Positions 1 to 12,440 of a DNA stretch of 64,000 nucleotides are shown here, one piece after another. This stretch comes from Podarcis bocagei (lineage: Eukaryota). The notes under the pieces were generated by a model, which made no database searches, was not told where the DNA came from, and saw only the letters and a program-made list of their open reading frames with translations. Location of the stretch: NCBI GenBank assembly GCA_964188305.1, contig OZ076903.1. The stretch is one strand, 5' to 3'. Made by a program: the position numbers and the translations under genes. The first letter of the stretch is position 1; the number at the start of each line of letters is the position of its first letter.

Positions 1-353
1 TTCGATCTCTTTCAAACATACACCCCACTAAAGGGTACAAGCAACTTAAAGCATCTTAAAGCCACTTGCCAGGTGGGATCCACAAACAAATTGTATCCCG
101 GCCATAAAATGGGTTCCGCCACTATTCTCTATTTTATTCATTTGAGTTTTTCATCTAATGAAGTTGGCAGAAAAATTAATTGAGGTGAAAAAACCAGAAA
201 TATTTATACGGAGGTCGATTAAGTACGAAGGATAATGCTTCTTTACTCTGGAAGAGGAAATGTCAGCACATACCACTTCCTGCAGTGCTGCATGACAAGC
301 TATACTTGCCAAGATAGCTCATCAAAGATGGAGAAAAGTCAATATTTACAGTA

Positions 354-613
354 CAGTCATACCTCAGGTTAAATATGCTTCAGGTCGAGCGTTTTCAAGT
401 TACGCTCCGTGGCAACCCGGAAGTAACGGAGTGCGTTACTTCTGGGTTTCGTCGCTCGCACATGCGTAGATGCTCAAAATGACGTCACGCACATGTGCAG
501 AAGCGGCAAAACGCGATCCGCACAGGCGCAGACGCCCAAACGCAAATTGCGTTGTACTCAGGATGCGAACGGGGCTCCGGAACGGATCCCGTTCGCATCC
601 AGAGGTACCACTG
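354..613. mobile_element. Tigger/pogo-like MITE
   Basis: Termini cagtcatacctc...gaggtaccactg with TA flanks; related to 33294-33907 and 46264-46510. Confidence 0.8.
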
Positions 614-1471
614 TAAATGTGTGTGTTTGTGTGTGTGTGTGTATTAAAGAGGGTCCATAACACAGCACAGTGGTCCGAGGAGAGTCCAGGTCCAAAAAGG
701 CTGAAGACTGAAGCTCAAGCTCTTAGTCTCTACACCAGCAAAGTCCTTGTTTCAACTCTGCCCTCCAAAAGCAATCTTGCTAGGTAGCTTTAGGCAAACT
801 ATCACCCTCTCAATTTCCTATCGGCCCAACCTCACATTGCTTCTTCTGCAATACAGAGATAGAACTGGTCTACTTTACAAGAGGGATGCAAACGTCACAT
901 TGTATGTGGAGCACCCAATGTGTTTGGTAGATTGCGGGAAGGGAATGTTGCAAAGTTTGATCAGCACTTATATTTCAAGCAGTCCAGAAATAATAAAAAA
1001 GATTATTCACGTGCAAATGCCAAGATGACTAGAAATGAAGCAGATTTTGCTCTCTACCAGCCTCCCCCAAACTCATGCCCACCAACAGCCTCCATTAGCC
1101 TCAGTCTCCATAACCAATGGCCATGGATGATGGGAATTGTAGTCCAAAATGCTGAGGGGCACCAGGTTGGAGTTTCTCTATACCTGCTACTCATTCCCCT
1201 TATTCCCTGACTTCTGAGATCAGAGTCAGGAGGATGGGAAACAGAACACAATTTATTTGACAACATTGCTTTTGGAAGAATCATAGAATCATAGAATCAT
1301 AGAGTTGGAAGAGACCACAAGGGCCATCGAGTCCAACCCCCTGCCAAGAATTGTACGAAACACGCCAATCTATTTGCCTTATTCCAACATTGGCGCATCT
1401 TCAACGGGCAATTTGGAGTTTCAGTGCAGAGGACCCCAAACCATAAGGCTTTGCTCAATAGCTCCAAATAC

Positions 1472-1584
1472 CTCTGTGATAGGGGACTTTGGGTTCACAT
1501 TTCTAGCAGCTGCAATCTCCTGCAATTGATTCACAAGCTCTGTGATGGACAGCCTCTCTTCCGGATTCACTTTCAGACTCGATC
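1472..1584 (-). CDS. GAK: GAK exon 9 (RSSLKVNPEERLSITELVNQLQEIAAARNVNPKSPITE); gene continues beyond the window start
   Basis: AG/GT bounded, 113 nt, end of the kinase domain. Confidence 0.95.
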
Positions 1585-2179
1585 CTAATAAAATGACACA
1601 ACAGATTATTGAAACAGGGGTTTAATCTGCAGACCTCAAAAACAAATTTCTGGTTTCCCCTGCCCTAAGATTTCTATCCTGCCAGTCATCCAAAGAGACT
1701 TTCAAAATGGGTAAAAGACCTGGATAATGAATATTTGCATAACTTCAGTTATACCACAAAATGTGGCTTTAATTGTTTCAGTGATCAAGGGCTTCGAACT
1801 GTGAATAGCTGAGAATTCTCTGATCACTGGCCATGCTGGCTTGAGCTGATGGAAGTTGTAGTACACATCATCTGGTGGGCCATAAATCCCCTACCTGTGC
1901 ACTGGAATAAAGTCAACACTACACTCATATAATAAAAAGGTGGAACGGTTAACTTCACTGCCACTTCTAATTTCTTATATTCATGGATTTTCTCTTCAAC
2001 CTGCATGTATACTGTCATTTCCCATTAATTACATGAACAGAAACTGTTTTTTTAAAAAAAACATAGGTGCATTTTTGCAGAGGAAACAAACAAAAAGAAC
2101 CTTAAATCCATACAAAATTATCAGTTCATTCCCCTTTCATTTGCCCCAAGTGAATTTAGCATCACAGTCTTAAACTTAC

Positions 2180-2315
2180 GAATGAGATCATGAAACACTG
2201 TGTATCTTGTGTCATTCTGAGGAATTGAATATTTTCCATTGACTATTCGAAGCTTAGCTCCATCTTCGAATGGATGTTGCCTGAAGCACAACAGGTAGAG
2301 GATGCAACCCAATGC
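2180..2315 (-). CDS. GAK: GAK exon 8 (ALGCILYLLCFRQHPFEDGAKLRIVNGKYSIPQNDTRYTVFHDLI/R)
   Basis: AG/GT bounded, 136 nt; lies within ORF 2121..2387. Confidence 0.96.
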
Positions 2316-2338
2316 CTGCAGGGGAAGAATGCAGAAGT

Positions 2339-2340
<2 letters not shown>

Positions 2341-2380
<40 letters not shown>
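2341..2380. repeat. (AC)20 microsatellite
   Basis: Direct reading. Confidence 0.95.
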
Positions 2381-2384
<4 letters not shown>

Positions 2385-3292
2385 CAAACCTCCCCAAATT
2401 CCTAAATAGTTAAGTTGTTCAAGCTTAAATCAAATCAGCTATGGGAGCTATTATTTCATTTCACCCAATAACCTATGGTATTCAATTACTTCGGAGCAGA
2501 CTACAGCATTGGATGATCTGCTGCAGCCATGCAGCCATAATGAGTGCTAACCGCAGTTTGTTGCCTTAATCCTGGCTAAAATCCCACATGAAACCATGGC
2601 TTGGCTTCCCAGATTGAGCCCTGCCAATGAAAGAGGATACCAATGAGCCTTGGCTGCCATCCCAAGTTTGTATCTCGACCACAACACAACAGAGGGTGGC
2701 AACACGAGAACGGGCCTTTCCAATGGTGGCTCCTGCTCTCTCTTTAGGCGCCAGGCAAAAACATGCCTTTTTCAATCAGGCCTTTCACCATCTATGGCCT
2801 ATTTGTGTGGCTGAGATGTTTTAACGCAGTTCATTTAAATATATATATACTGGTTATAATGTGCGTATGTGTTTGTTTTTTGCTTAAAATATTGAAAGTC
2901 GCTGCCGCAGCAAAAAAAGTAACCAATAATCGTAACACTTCAGCAGTTCCCACATTCTGCTCTCTAACCCAGGAATCTTAATCCGCTCTCTCAGAGATGA
3001 TGAGGACAGAAAACGCAGGCGATCATGTCAAAACTGAGCAAGATGTGCATATAAGCACTGAATCGATTCCTCATCAAGTACATAAGTTTTGGTAAGCTTG
3101 ACACCCAGCAGAGCAATACAGAACAATCTGCCTGCCCATCAGTTCTACGTATTCCCCTGCTGCTTTCACCACCCCATATGGAGTCAAACCATTGGTCCAT
3201 CTAGCTCAGTATCGTCTACACTCAGTGGCAGCGGCTCCCCAGGCTTTCAGACAGCACCTTTTCCCAGCCCTACTTGGGAGTCACTAGGCAAA

Positions 3293-3540
3293 GCGTCAGT
3301 GTGGTGTAGTGGTTAAGAGCGGTAGACTCGTAATCTGGGGAACCGGGTTCGCTTCCCCGCTCCTCCACATGCAACTGCTGGGTGACCTTGGGCTAGTCAC
3401 ACTTCTTTGAAGTCTCTCAGCCCCACTCACCTCACAGAGTGTTTGTTGTGGGGGAGGAAGGGGAAGGAGGATGTTAGCCGCTTTGAGACTCCTTCAGGTA
3501 GTGATAAAGCAGGATATCAAATCCAAACTCTTCTTCTACT
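3293..3540 (+). mobile_element. tRNA-derived SINE with CORE-like segment (Squam-type)
   Basis: A box tggtgtagtgg, B box ggttcgcttcc, ggtgaccttgggctagtcac segment and (CTT)n tail. Confidence 0.75.
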
Positions 3541-3682
3541 TCTAGGTACTGAACCTGGGACTTTATTGCATTCACGGCAGATGCTCTACAAACTGAGCTA
3601 CTGTCCTTCCCCACAAACTGATCCTGAGTGCCTCAGGACAAGATCTGTACTGCGCATGCTCCCATGTATTCACAATGTAAAA

Positions 3683-4038
3683 GGTAAAGGACCCCTGGAG
3701 GGTTAAGTCCAGTCAAAGGTGACTATGGGGTTGTGACGCTCATCTTGCTTTCAGGCCAAGGGAGCCGGCGTTTGTCCACAGAAAGCTTTCCGGGTCTTGT
3801 GGCCAGCATGACTAAAGCACTTCTGGTGCAACGGAACACCGTGACGGAAGCCAGAGCACACGGAAACGCCGTTTACCTTCCTGCCACAGCGGTACCCATT
3901 TATCTACTTGCACTGGCGTTCTTTTGAACTGTTAGGTTAGCAGGAGCTGGGGCAGAGCAACGGGAGCTCACCTCGTCGCGGGGATTTGAACTGCCGACCT
4001 TCTGATCGGCAAGCCCATGAGGTTCAATGGTTTAGACC
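3683..4038 (-). mobile_element. Sauria SINE
   Basis: tRNA-like head, conserved core (tacctatttatctacttgcac) and (ACCTTT)n tail. Confidence 0.9.
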
Positions 4039-5234
4039 ACAGCGCCACCTGCGTCCCTACAATGTATTCACAATGCATTCACCAGTAAGGCTGGAACATT
4101 GTCTGCTGTTCACTGCACTGTGCTTAAGGCATTCCTATCAGTACATTCTATCAAATCCGTCAACAAGAGAATTATTCTCTCTCCCGCCTCTCCCTCTTCC
4201 TTCCCAGCTTCAATTAGAAAAACGGAGAGTATTGCCAGAAATTACTTCCAAATACCTCTTTTCTTTTAGCTGTACTTCCTTAGAAACTGCACTGGCTCCC
4301 CCCAATCACTTAAATGAAAATGCAAGCCTCCTATCCCTGTTTGGCTTTAACATTCCCAATGGTCTTGAAAAATCTGTGTGCTTGTTTATATGTCTCTTTT
4401 CCTCCAGTTCATTGTGTTGTGTTGTCCTTGTAAATTTCCAGATGATTTGGCACAGTCTTGTCTATTTTTAATTCAATGCACAGTGTTTGGTAGCTTAAAG
4501 CACTTCAGGTTGCTTCCAATGTCAGGGCAGTCCAACCGAAGAAATTAAATGGACAAGGTTAACCTAGGTCAATTGATTTCAAGGGTTTCACGCTATTGGG
4601 TCTGATTTGGTGAAAGTGTTAACAGTGAACTCACCCATTCCTAATAAAGGAGTGAGAGGTTTTCACTACTACAACACTAGCCAACAGAGAAAGAGGTAAC
4701 AGCACACACTCCATTGGCTCACCTGAGAAATTCTAGATGCCTTTGGCTCCTCCTTTTCCTGAACTGTTTGTTTAAGGTGGTCACATTTTAAGAACTATGT
4801 AAGCTTGCCTGTTTTCCTCTTCCTTCTCTATCCCTTTTCCTTGTGTGTTGTATGCTTTATTAGACTGAAAACCTGTGGGCAAGGACTGCCTTGTTTTTAA
4901 ATCTGTACGGTGCTTAGTGAAATGTTAGGTGCTTTAGAACTGAGAAATAATATTTAACCAAAGGAAAGAGTATCAGGAGCAAAAGGTGTTTTGTTTTGTT
5001 TTTTTGTTTTGTTTTGTTTGTTTGTTTATTATATGTATTAAGTTGCTACCACATTTTTGAAGTTTTAACGTCTGTATTGCAGTGGTGTTATTGTGTATGC
5101 TTTATTGGTTTACTATGAACCACCTTGGGATGAAATGGAGGGGCAGAAATTCCCTAAACAAATACAAATTCCAGAAAATATTCAGAAATAAGGTATCATG
5201 CAAGGTCTAATCTACATACAAAGAAAATGCTTAC

Positions 5235-5324
5235 CCAAATATCTTGTTTTTCATCAATTGGAAAGTTTGAATATAGATCTATTATTTCAGGAGTCCTATA
5301 CATTGGTGTTGTGTTCCTTGTGAT
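5235..5324 (-). CDS. GAK: GAK exon 7 (ITRNTTPMYRTPEIIDLYSNFPIDEKQDIW)
   Basis: AG/GT bounded, 90 nt, NAK-family TTPMYRTPE activation segment. Confidence 0.96.
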
Positions 5325-5633
5325 CTACAGACACACAAAATAAAGGCATTTTTCTTATTCTATACACTTAGCAGAGATTCAGACACAAAATAAAATTTAA
5401 AAGGAACCTAGAGCACCCCAAGCACAAAATGCTTTGATTTTCATCAAAACAATCTGTATGCCAAATCTGAGTTTCTGTAACTCCTGCAGCAGCAACTAAT
5501 AAAAAGAAACAAAATGATTTTTTGTCTTTGTGATATGCAAATCAAGATTAACATTCAGGAAATCAATGTGAAAGTCAATTCTTGTTTCTAAGTACAGTAC
5601 AGTACAGTACAGTACTAGTAGTCTGTCAGGTGT

Positions 5634-5877
5634 AAAGGTAAGGGACCCCTGGACAGTTAACCAGAGCGCACTGACACGCCGTTTACCTTCCCACCACAGC
5701 GGTACCTATTTATCTACTTGCACTGGCATGCTTTCAAACTGCTAGGTTGGCTTGGACGCGGGTGGTACTGTGGTCTAAACCACTGAGCCACTGGGCTTGC
5801 CAATCAGAAGGTCGATGGTTCAAATCCCTGCAAGAGGGTGAGCTCCCATTGCTCTGTACCAGCTCCTGCCAACCTAG
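5634..5877. mobile_element. Rearranged Sauria SINE (3' part on minus strand, 5' head on plus strand)
   Basis: Two SINE segments in opposite orientation, joined near 5752. Confidence 0.75.
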
Positions 5878-6220
5878 TCTGTTAGACTGGATATATATGT
5901 AGACAGCAATATCCTCTTCTTACAAGCCATGGGATGCGGCAGGGAACTCTCAAAGAAAAGGGATCTTCTTTGATCTGTTTCTTGGTTATTTATTCATTTA
6001 TTAAATGCATTTATATACCACTCAATATTTCAAAAACCTGTAAGCAGCATTATGCTGTTCTGGGAATGATTTCAGAGGCCTGTAGTAAATGGACCACCCT
6101 TTTGAGAGTTCACCACCACCACTCACGTTTTACAACCTGACGACCCTGTGACCAGTAAATTTGCAATCCTCCTGTTCCCACATGGCCAGTTGACAGACCA
6201 CTGCAAACTCCTTCATGTAA

Positions 6221-6572
6221 GTAAAGGGAAAGGGACCCCAGACCATTAGGTCCAGTCATGACAGACTTTGGGGTTGCGGCGCTCATCTCCCTTTATTGGC
6301 TGAGGGAGCCGGCGTACAGCTTCCGGGTCATGTGGCCAGCATGACTAAGCCGCTTTCTGGCGAACCAGAGCAGTGCACAGAAACACCGTTTACCTTCCTG
6401 CTGGAGCAGTACCTATTTATCTACTTGCACTTTGTGCTATCGAACTGCTAGGTTGGCAGGAGCTGGGACCGAACAACGGGAGCTCACCCTGTCGCGGGGA
6501 TTCGAACCGCCGACCTTCTGATCGGCAAGTCCTAGACTCTGTGGTTTAACCCACAGCGCCACCCGCATCCCT
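6221..6572 (-). mobile_element. Sauria SINE
   Basis: Full length, flanked by TSD actccttcatgta. Confidence 0.92.
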
Positions 6573-7253
6573 TACTCCTTCATGTAGCACTGCCTTAAAG
6601 GCTATCATGAAGCTCCAGCAAAATATAGTGGCCCCTGGTGACTAGGAGAGGGCACTGCAGCACCCTAGATCATGGCTCCCTGATTTTCGTCTAATATTGC
6701 TGCTCCCTAAATTCAGGTGCCTGATGCTAATCTACCAGCCCTTGCCAAAAGCGTTCCAGGTTTCTGAAAAGCAGCTCTCAGAAGTAATGTTATACAAATC
6801 AGGGCGACACAGGTAGCTTGGCTCACAATTCACTTTGGAAACCGAATGCAGAACTTTTGGACACGACTTTTACGTTATCTGAACGAAATATATTCAGCCT
6901 TAACCAACAGAGAAGACCGAAGTACCCAAGAGATGTAGTATTTGTGCTGTGGTTCAGAGAGAAAAGGACACTTTATGTGGTGCTTCTTAGCAGACAGCAC
7001 AATCTAATGCAGTGGGGCTTATTCCCAGGTTAAATGTGTACAGGCTTGCAGCCATACACAGCTGAAGGCTACTATTTTATTACAGTAGTAGTTTAAGAAT
7101 GTATTGTATAGGACCAGGAAAAGAATGCCCCCCCCAAATAACATTTCCAAGTAATTTCCACTGCGACAGAATTTGATCTAATGGATTTAAGGGATACCAA
7201 AAAGCCTAGAGTTACAAAACGTTGAAAATAAATCAGAGTATCAGGTTTCTCAC

Positions 7254-7379
7254 CTCCTCTTCAACCGCTGCTCTTTTCTGTGCGGACCAGTTGTAGTCAG
7301 GGTAATGTGCTATGGTTGTTGCACTGCCAAAGTCACACAGTTTAATTGTTCCTTGGTTACTCATCAGCATATTTTCTAT
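7254..7379 (-). CDS. GAK: GAK exon 6 (IENMLMSNQGTIKLCDFGSATTIAHYPDYNWSAQKRAAVEEE)
   Basis: AG/GT bounded, 126 nt, DFG motif. Confidence 0.96.
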
Positions 7380-7919
7380 CTGTACGGACAATCAAGTGGG
7401 GAGTTTAAGGGTGCATATTCAGCGGACACACGTACATTTATATTAAAAAAGGCAGCTTTTCATGCATATATCCTCCCAAGTTCACAGCATCGAAGCGCAC
7501 AAGATTTATCAATTCTGTACTGGCTGCACTGTTCACACTCCCTAATACGTGTGTTTATTTTAGAAGAGGCCTTCCCTCTGGAGAGCAGCGAACGCTGCTT
7601 CTTAGATTAGCCTAATGGAATAAAGTACAACGAAAGATGCGATAAACATCATGTTAGCTATCAATATTTCCCAGACTACTTTTAATTAGAGATTGCACTA
7701 CAAGAATGTTTCCATATGGCTGGCTGTATGAACCAGCCCCAAGAGATCTAAAATGTAGTGACTGTTATAAAAGCATTCTATGAACCATTTGGTTTGGACT
7801 TCCATATGTGCCCACCGCTAAGCTTGCGACTAACTTAGTTGTGGGCTGCGTACATGTACGACCAATCCTTAACATCCTCCCACCTCTTTATTCTCAGCCA
7901 ATATAATTTAGTAGCATGT

Positions 7920-8170
7920 TTTTGCCAACCAGGCAGAGGGCCTTCTCGGTAGTGGCACCCTCCCTGTGGAACGCCCTCCCATCAGATGCTAAGGAAATGG
8001 ACAACTCTCTGACTTTTAGAAAACATCTGAAGACAACCCTCTATTGGGAGGTTTTTAATATTTGAGGTTTCACTATGTTTTTATACGCTGTAAGCTGCCA
8101 AGAGTGGCTGGGGAAACCCACCCAGATGGGTGGCGTATAAATAATAACTTTATTACCACTATTATTACTA
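7920..8170 (+). mobile_element. L2-like LINE 3' fragment
   Basis: agggccttctcggtagtggcaccc..ctgtggaacgccctccc, then a ggcgtataaat tail and short repeats. Confidence 0.6.
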
Positions 8171-8398
8171 TTACTATTATTATCCGATGCAATACTTTTC
8201 CATTTACTACATGACAAACTCAAAACACACTCAGTCTAAATATTATAAACTGCTTTTAGGTTCATTCATTTTCTACCCTCAAGCAGTATATAAATTTTAT
8301 GAAAAGATTAAATAACTTGCTACTGGCTGCTCCTCCGGATTCATAACAAACGCCTCCTTTGCATAAATCAGCCGTTCAGCTTGTTTCGGATTCTGTAC

Positions 8399-8541
8399 CT
8401 TTAAATCTCTATGAATAATAGGAGGTTTCTGCTTATGCATGTGTTGCACTGCACGGCAGGTCTGATAAAAGATCTTCAGCACCGTGTCGCACGAGAGGGG
8501 CCCTTTGGATTCAGCTTTCCTCAGAAATTCCACCACTTGCC
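8399..8541 (-). CDS. GAK: GAK exon 5 (GQVVEFLRK...PPIIHRDLK)
   Basis: AG/GT bounded, 143 nt, HRDLK catalytic loop; lies within ORF 8297..8560. Confidence 0.97.
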
Positions 8542-9704
8542 CTGTGGACGAAAAATTCATGACACTCTGCGAGGGGAATGCGAGGGCTTCCTAACAACTC
8601 TCAGCACCCCTTAACAAACTGCAATTCCCTGGGGAGCTGTACACTACCAATTTAGGGAAGCCATGACTGTATAAAGTGGGATAATAACACTTTAAAGATG
8701 CAGATGTGGCGCCACATACACAAACTAAGCAAGCAAGGAAGCAAACAACATGGCTTCTTCTATATTTGAGTGAGAATTTGGCCCCCACCCCAGACCAGAA
8801 AGGGTAAAGCCCACCCTACTTGCCAATTAATTTCCTTCCTTAGTTCTTCCCTCCTTGTGAGTGAACACACCATGAAATGGGGGTCCAGGTCTCCACCCTC
8901 AGAGGTCTGCCACCTCAAACCAGGATGAGATGGGCGGCCATCTTGCCCCGTTATTAGCCCACAAACAGCAAACCTCTCATGCCCTCCTACACAATATTCG
9001 ATTCCTAAGCAAATCTTCCTATCCTGTTCCTAAGCAGTAGCTCCTGCACATATAAAACAAGGAACTCCAGAGTATGTGAAATGTTAATTCCCCAGCCCTC
9101 AATTCTCAAATCATGGCCAAGATCCAAGGGCAGCAGGGGGGGGGGTGGAGGAGTGAGCAAAAGCAAATACTGAACCCTGTCAGTCTCAGCTGCCTGCAGT
9201 TCTCACTGCAAGAAGAAAAAGCTGACTAACTTCAAATGCAAAACATCTACTAGCTCTGGATACAGACCAAAGGGGAAAGCCATTAGGAAAAAAACCCTCT
9301 TCCAAGTGTTTCTTCTCTTCCAACTTGGCACAAGGACAAAGGAGCCATCGTGTCTGTGTGACCTGCACGGCAGGGTGCCCTTCAGTCCCGGTCACACCAA
9401 TTAATTAGAGAGCAAATTTTAATCGGCAATTAAAGCTGTGATTAAAGCTCACAGTCCTAATTAATATCCGTCTCGGGGGGGGGAGAGAAGGGGGGAAAAG
9501 AATAACTGTGTGGGAGGAAAGAAGAGCCAGTCATTTCTACGTCAATTTAAAATGCCTTTCCCAATGTGGTTTTCAATAAACAAGAAGGTTATGAGAGAGG
9601 GGTTAGGGGAGACCAATGCATGGATTGCTTCCATGTAAGGCACACAAGCGAACATTGGATATTCCTTTTTTTATTAAAAAAGGGGAGGGGGCCAACCACC
9701 TCCT

Positions 9705-10076
9705 AAAGGTAAAAGTAAAGGACCCCATGATGGTTAAGTCCAGTCAAGGGTGACTATGGGGTTGTGGTGCTCATCCCACGTTCAGGCCGAGGGAGCCGGC
9801 ATTTGCCCACAGACAGCTTTCTGGGTCATGTGGCCAGCATGACTAAACGGCTTCTGGCACAACAGGATACTGTGTCGAGTGCCAGAGCTCACAGAAACAC
9901 CGTTGACCTTCCCACCTATTTATCTACTTGCACTGGCATGCTTTCAAACTTCTAGGTTGGCAGGAGCTGGGACAGGGCAACGGGAGTTCACTCTTTCGCG
10001 AGGATTCGAACCGCTGACCTTCTGATCGGCAAGCCCAAGAGGCTCAGTGGTTTAGACCACAGCGTCACCTGCATCC
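9705..10076 (-). mobile_element. Sauria SINE
   Basis: Similar to the other copies in the window. Confidence 0.9.
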
Positions 10077-10228
10077 AAACCACCTTGTGTTGCATGCTAG
10101 TGTCTGTATAAGAAGGCCAACGAGCAAGCTTCACTTTGTATATAGGGCAGTGAGCAGCTGGAGACCCAACATTAGGAAACACTGGTATAGGGGCTCTGCA
10201 TAATCAGGACTCTTGGTTGTGTGGGTGC

Positions 10229-10752
10229 CATAGCTGTCAACTTACAGATTTGAAAATAAGGGGCCAGCAGCCTCGAAAATAAGGGATCAGCAGCCAAAAT
10301 AAGGGATTTTCTGAACACAGGTATGTTCGCCTTCTGAGCCCCTCCGAGCCAAAGGCAGAAAGCCCATCCAGAAGGCAAATGAAGCCTCAAGCGGTGGTTC
10401 CCACAGCGCAGCAACCCGGCAAAGGGGATGCAGCAAGGAAAACCACCGTCACCTCTCCGCTGGGAAGCGCTGAGCAAAAGAGAGTCCCCAGGCAACGTGG
10501 CTGATTTGATCGGCACAAGGCATGCAAGCTCCACCCCCCCAGTCATTCTTAAGACTCCTTATTGGGTGAGCAACGCAGCTAAGCAACACAGTTGGAGCCT
10601 CCCTCCTCCCTGGCCAGCAGGGAGGGAAGGAGAAGAGCTGCTTCCTTTGAAACCCAGGAAATTTAAGGGACGTCATCAATAAGGGACAGCAGCAGGACAC
10701 GGCGCTGGAATAAGGGAGTTTCCTGCCAAATAAGGGACGGTTGACAGCTTTG
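10229..10752. mobile_element. hAT-type MITE
   Basis: TIR catagctgtcaac / gttgacagctttg, 8-bp TSD gtgggtgc/gttggtgc; a minimal relative sits at 51719-51807. Confidence 0.8.
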
Positions 10753-11783
10753 GTTGGTGCCTAGCTCAGAAGGAGCACCTGTAAATGAGGGGGAGCGCAC
10801 ATCTTGGCTTTAGACAAACACATGCAACACATGGTTGTTAAAAAAGAAGACCTGACATCAGGCACAGGGCAAATACAGAGCTGGGGGGCTGAGGCTGTAC
10901 TCTAAGAAGCCCCAGTATAGAACTACATATCCATAGATGCGAGAGTGACTTGCGAAGTAGCTCGCCGGGTTGGGAAGAGCCGCTGTGCTAGCTTCCAGGC
11001 AGGTGGGTCACAGTTGCTTTACCAAGATGTGATGTGGCCCAGATGTCAGTGCAGTGTGAACGCACCAGAAAGAGCGCTGGATTGGCTCTGCCCGTGCATC
11101 TGCACTGCACCAACCGTCCTGCCCCTCTCCCTCCTGGGAAGCAACAACTGGAAGGTCCAGCTTCCGGGAAGCTAGCCTTGCGTCTCCACCCTACCTGGTG
11201 GACAAGATCTGTGACACTGGCTGTAAGCGGCAACCCCTTGTGACAAGAAAACAGCCTTAACCTGATTTAATAGATAGAAGATAGGGGGCAGCAGAAGGGG
11301 AGAAGCAACAACTCCATGGAAAACAAAGTGGGAAATCAACAAAATCAAGAGAAAAGACAAAATTGTATCTTGATTGTGTATGTTAAAAATGTTGAAACTT
11401 GGTAAAATATAATTGAAAAAGAAAACAGCTTTATCTTACTGGGCATGAGCCCAGTAGCCATAGCAAAGAGTTCCATGCAAGAATGGGGTGCTCCATTCCT
11501 TCTCAGCATCCAGCATCAAAACCAAAGTAGGCTGCGAGGAGGCATAGAAATGTGTCTGGTATAGAAATGTACTACCAGAGGCCTCTTCTTCCTCCTCTGC
11601 CAAGACCCCAGCTGGCCACTAGAAGTTTTTGCTGACTAAGTAAAATTGGCCAGCTTATCTACAAAGCTGGAACGCTGTTTTGACCAGCCTCACCACAGTC
11701 ATCTCTGAAGGAAGGACCGGCTTGGCTGAACTGCTAGATTAGTCCACCAAACAATAAAGAGCCCACATAAATTATCATTTTAC

Positions 11784-11898
11784 CTCTGCAAAGCTCAGTT
11801 AGCAGAAGAAACTCCCCTTGCCCAGTATCAGATTCTTCTTTTCCAATTGATGCAGCAGAGCAGAACTGGACAACGTTCGGGTGACCAGATAGCTTTTT
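11784..11898 (-). CDS. GAK: GAK exon 4 (KKLSGHPNVVQFCSAASIGKEESDTGQGEFLLLTELCR)
   Basis: AG/GT bounded, 115 nt, with the HPN motif and gatekeeper Thr region. Confidence 0.96.
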
Positions 11899-12380
11899 CT
11901 AGAGGATTTCATCTGTTAAAGTTTCAAAGATTGCTAGATTTGGAACACATCTTTTGCAGCCAGGTTATACAATAAAGAACAGCTCGTTTCCTTGAGAGAT
12001 TACAGTCCCAAATCCATTGGAATTCCCAGCTTTCTCTGGAGGCAGGGAGCGTGCGGGCAAATCTACTGCTACAGAAACATTTCCAATGATGTTTTAAGAA
12101 ATAAGAACAGGTCACACAGCACATTTCTTTTTATAGTGCCTATGTGAATTGGGAAAATTAAGACAAGCCAAAATTTTAATCTGTATGCCTTCATTTAACG
12201 TGTCAGAAGAAATCCTGGTGCCACAAACAAAAAGGATCATTTGTACCAAACTATGAAATTTCTGAACTTCCACAGATATGATCCCTTAGACAACCTGTGA
12301 CAACCAAAGACGGATATGCATAACTGTATAATTAAGGACTGCTTTACCCAAAGCATTTCAGGTTGTTTCTAAAAGGATAC

Positions 12381-12440
12381 CATAAAACAAACTTCTTGAA
12401 TGATGGCTTTGTTCTTTTCTTCTTCATTAGATAATAATCT
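12381..12440 (-). CDS. GAK: GAK exon 3 (RLLSNEEEKNKAIIQEVCFM)
   Basis: AG/GT bounded, 60 nt, alphaC helix sequence. Confidence 0.96.
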
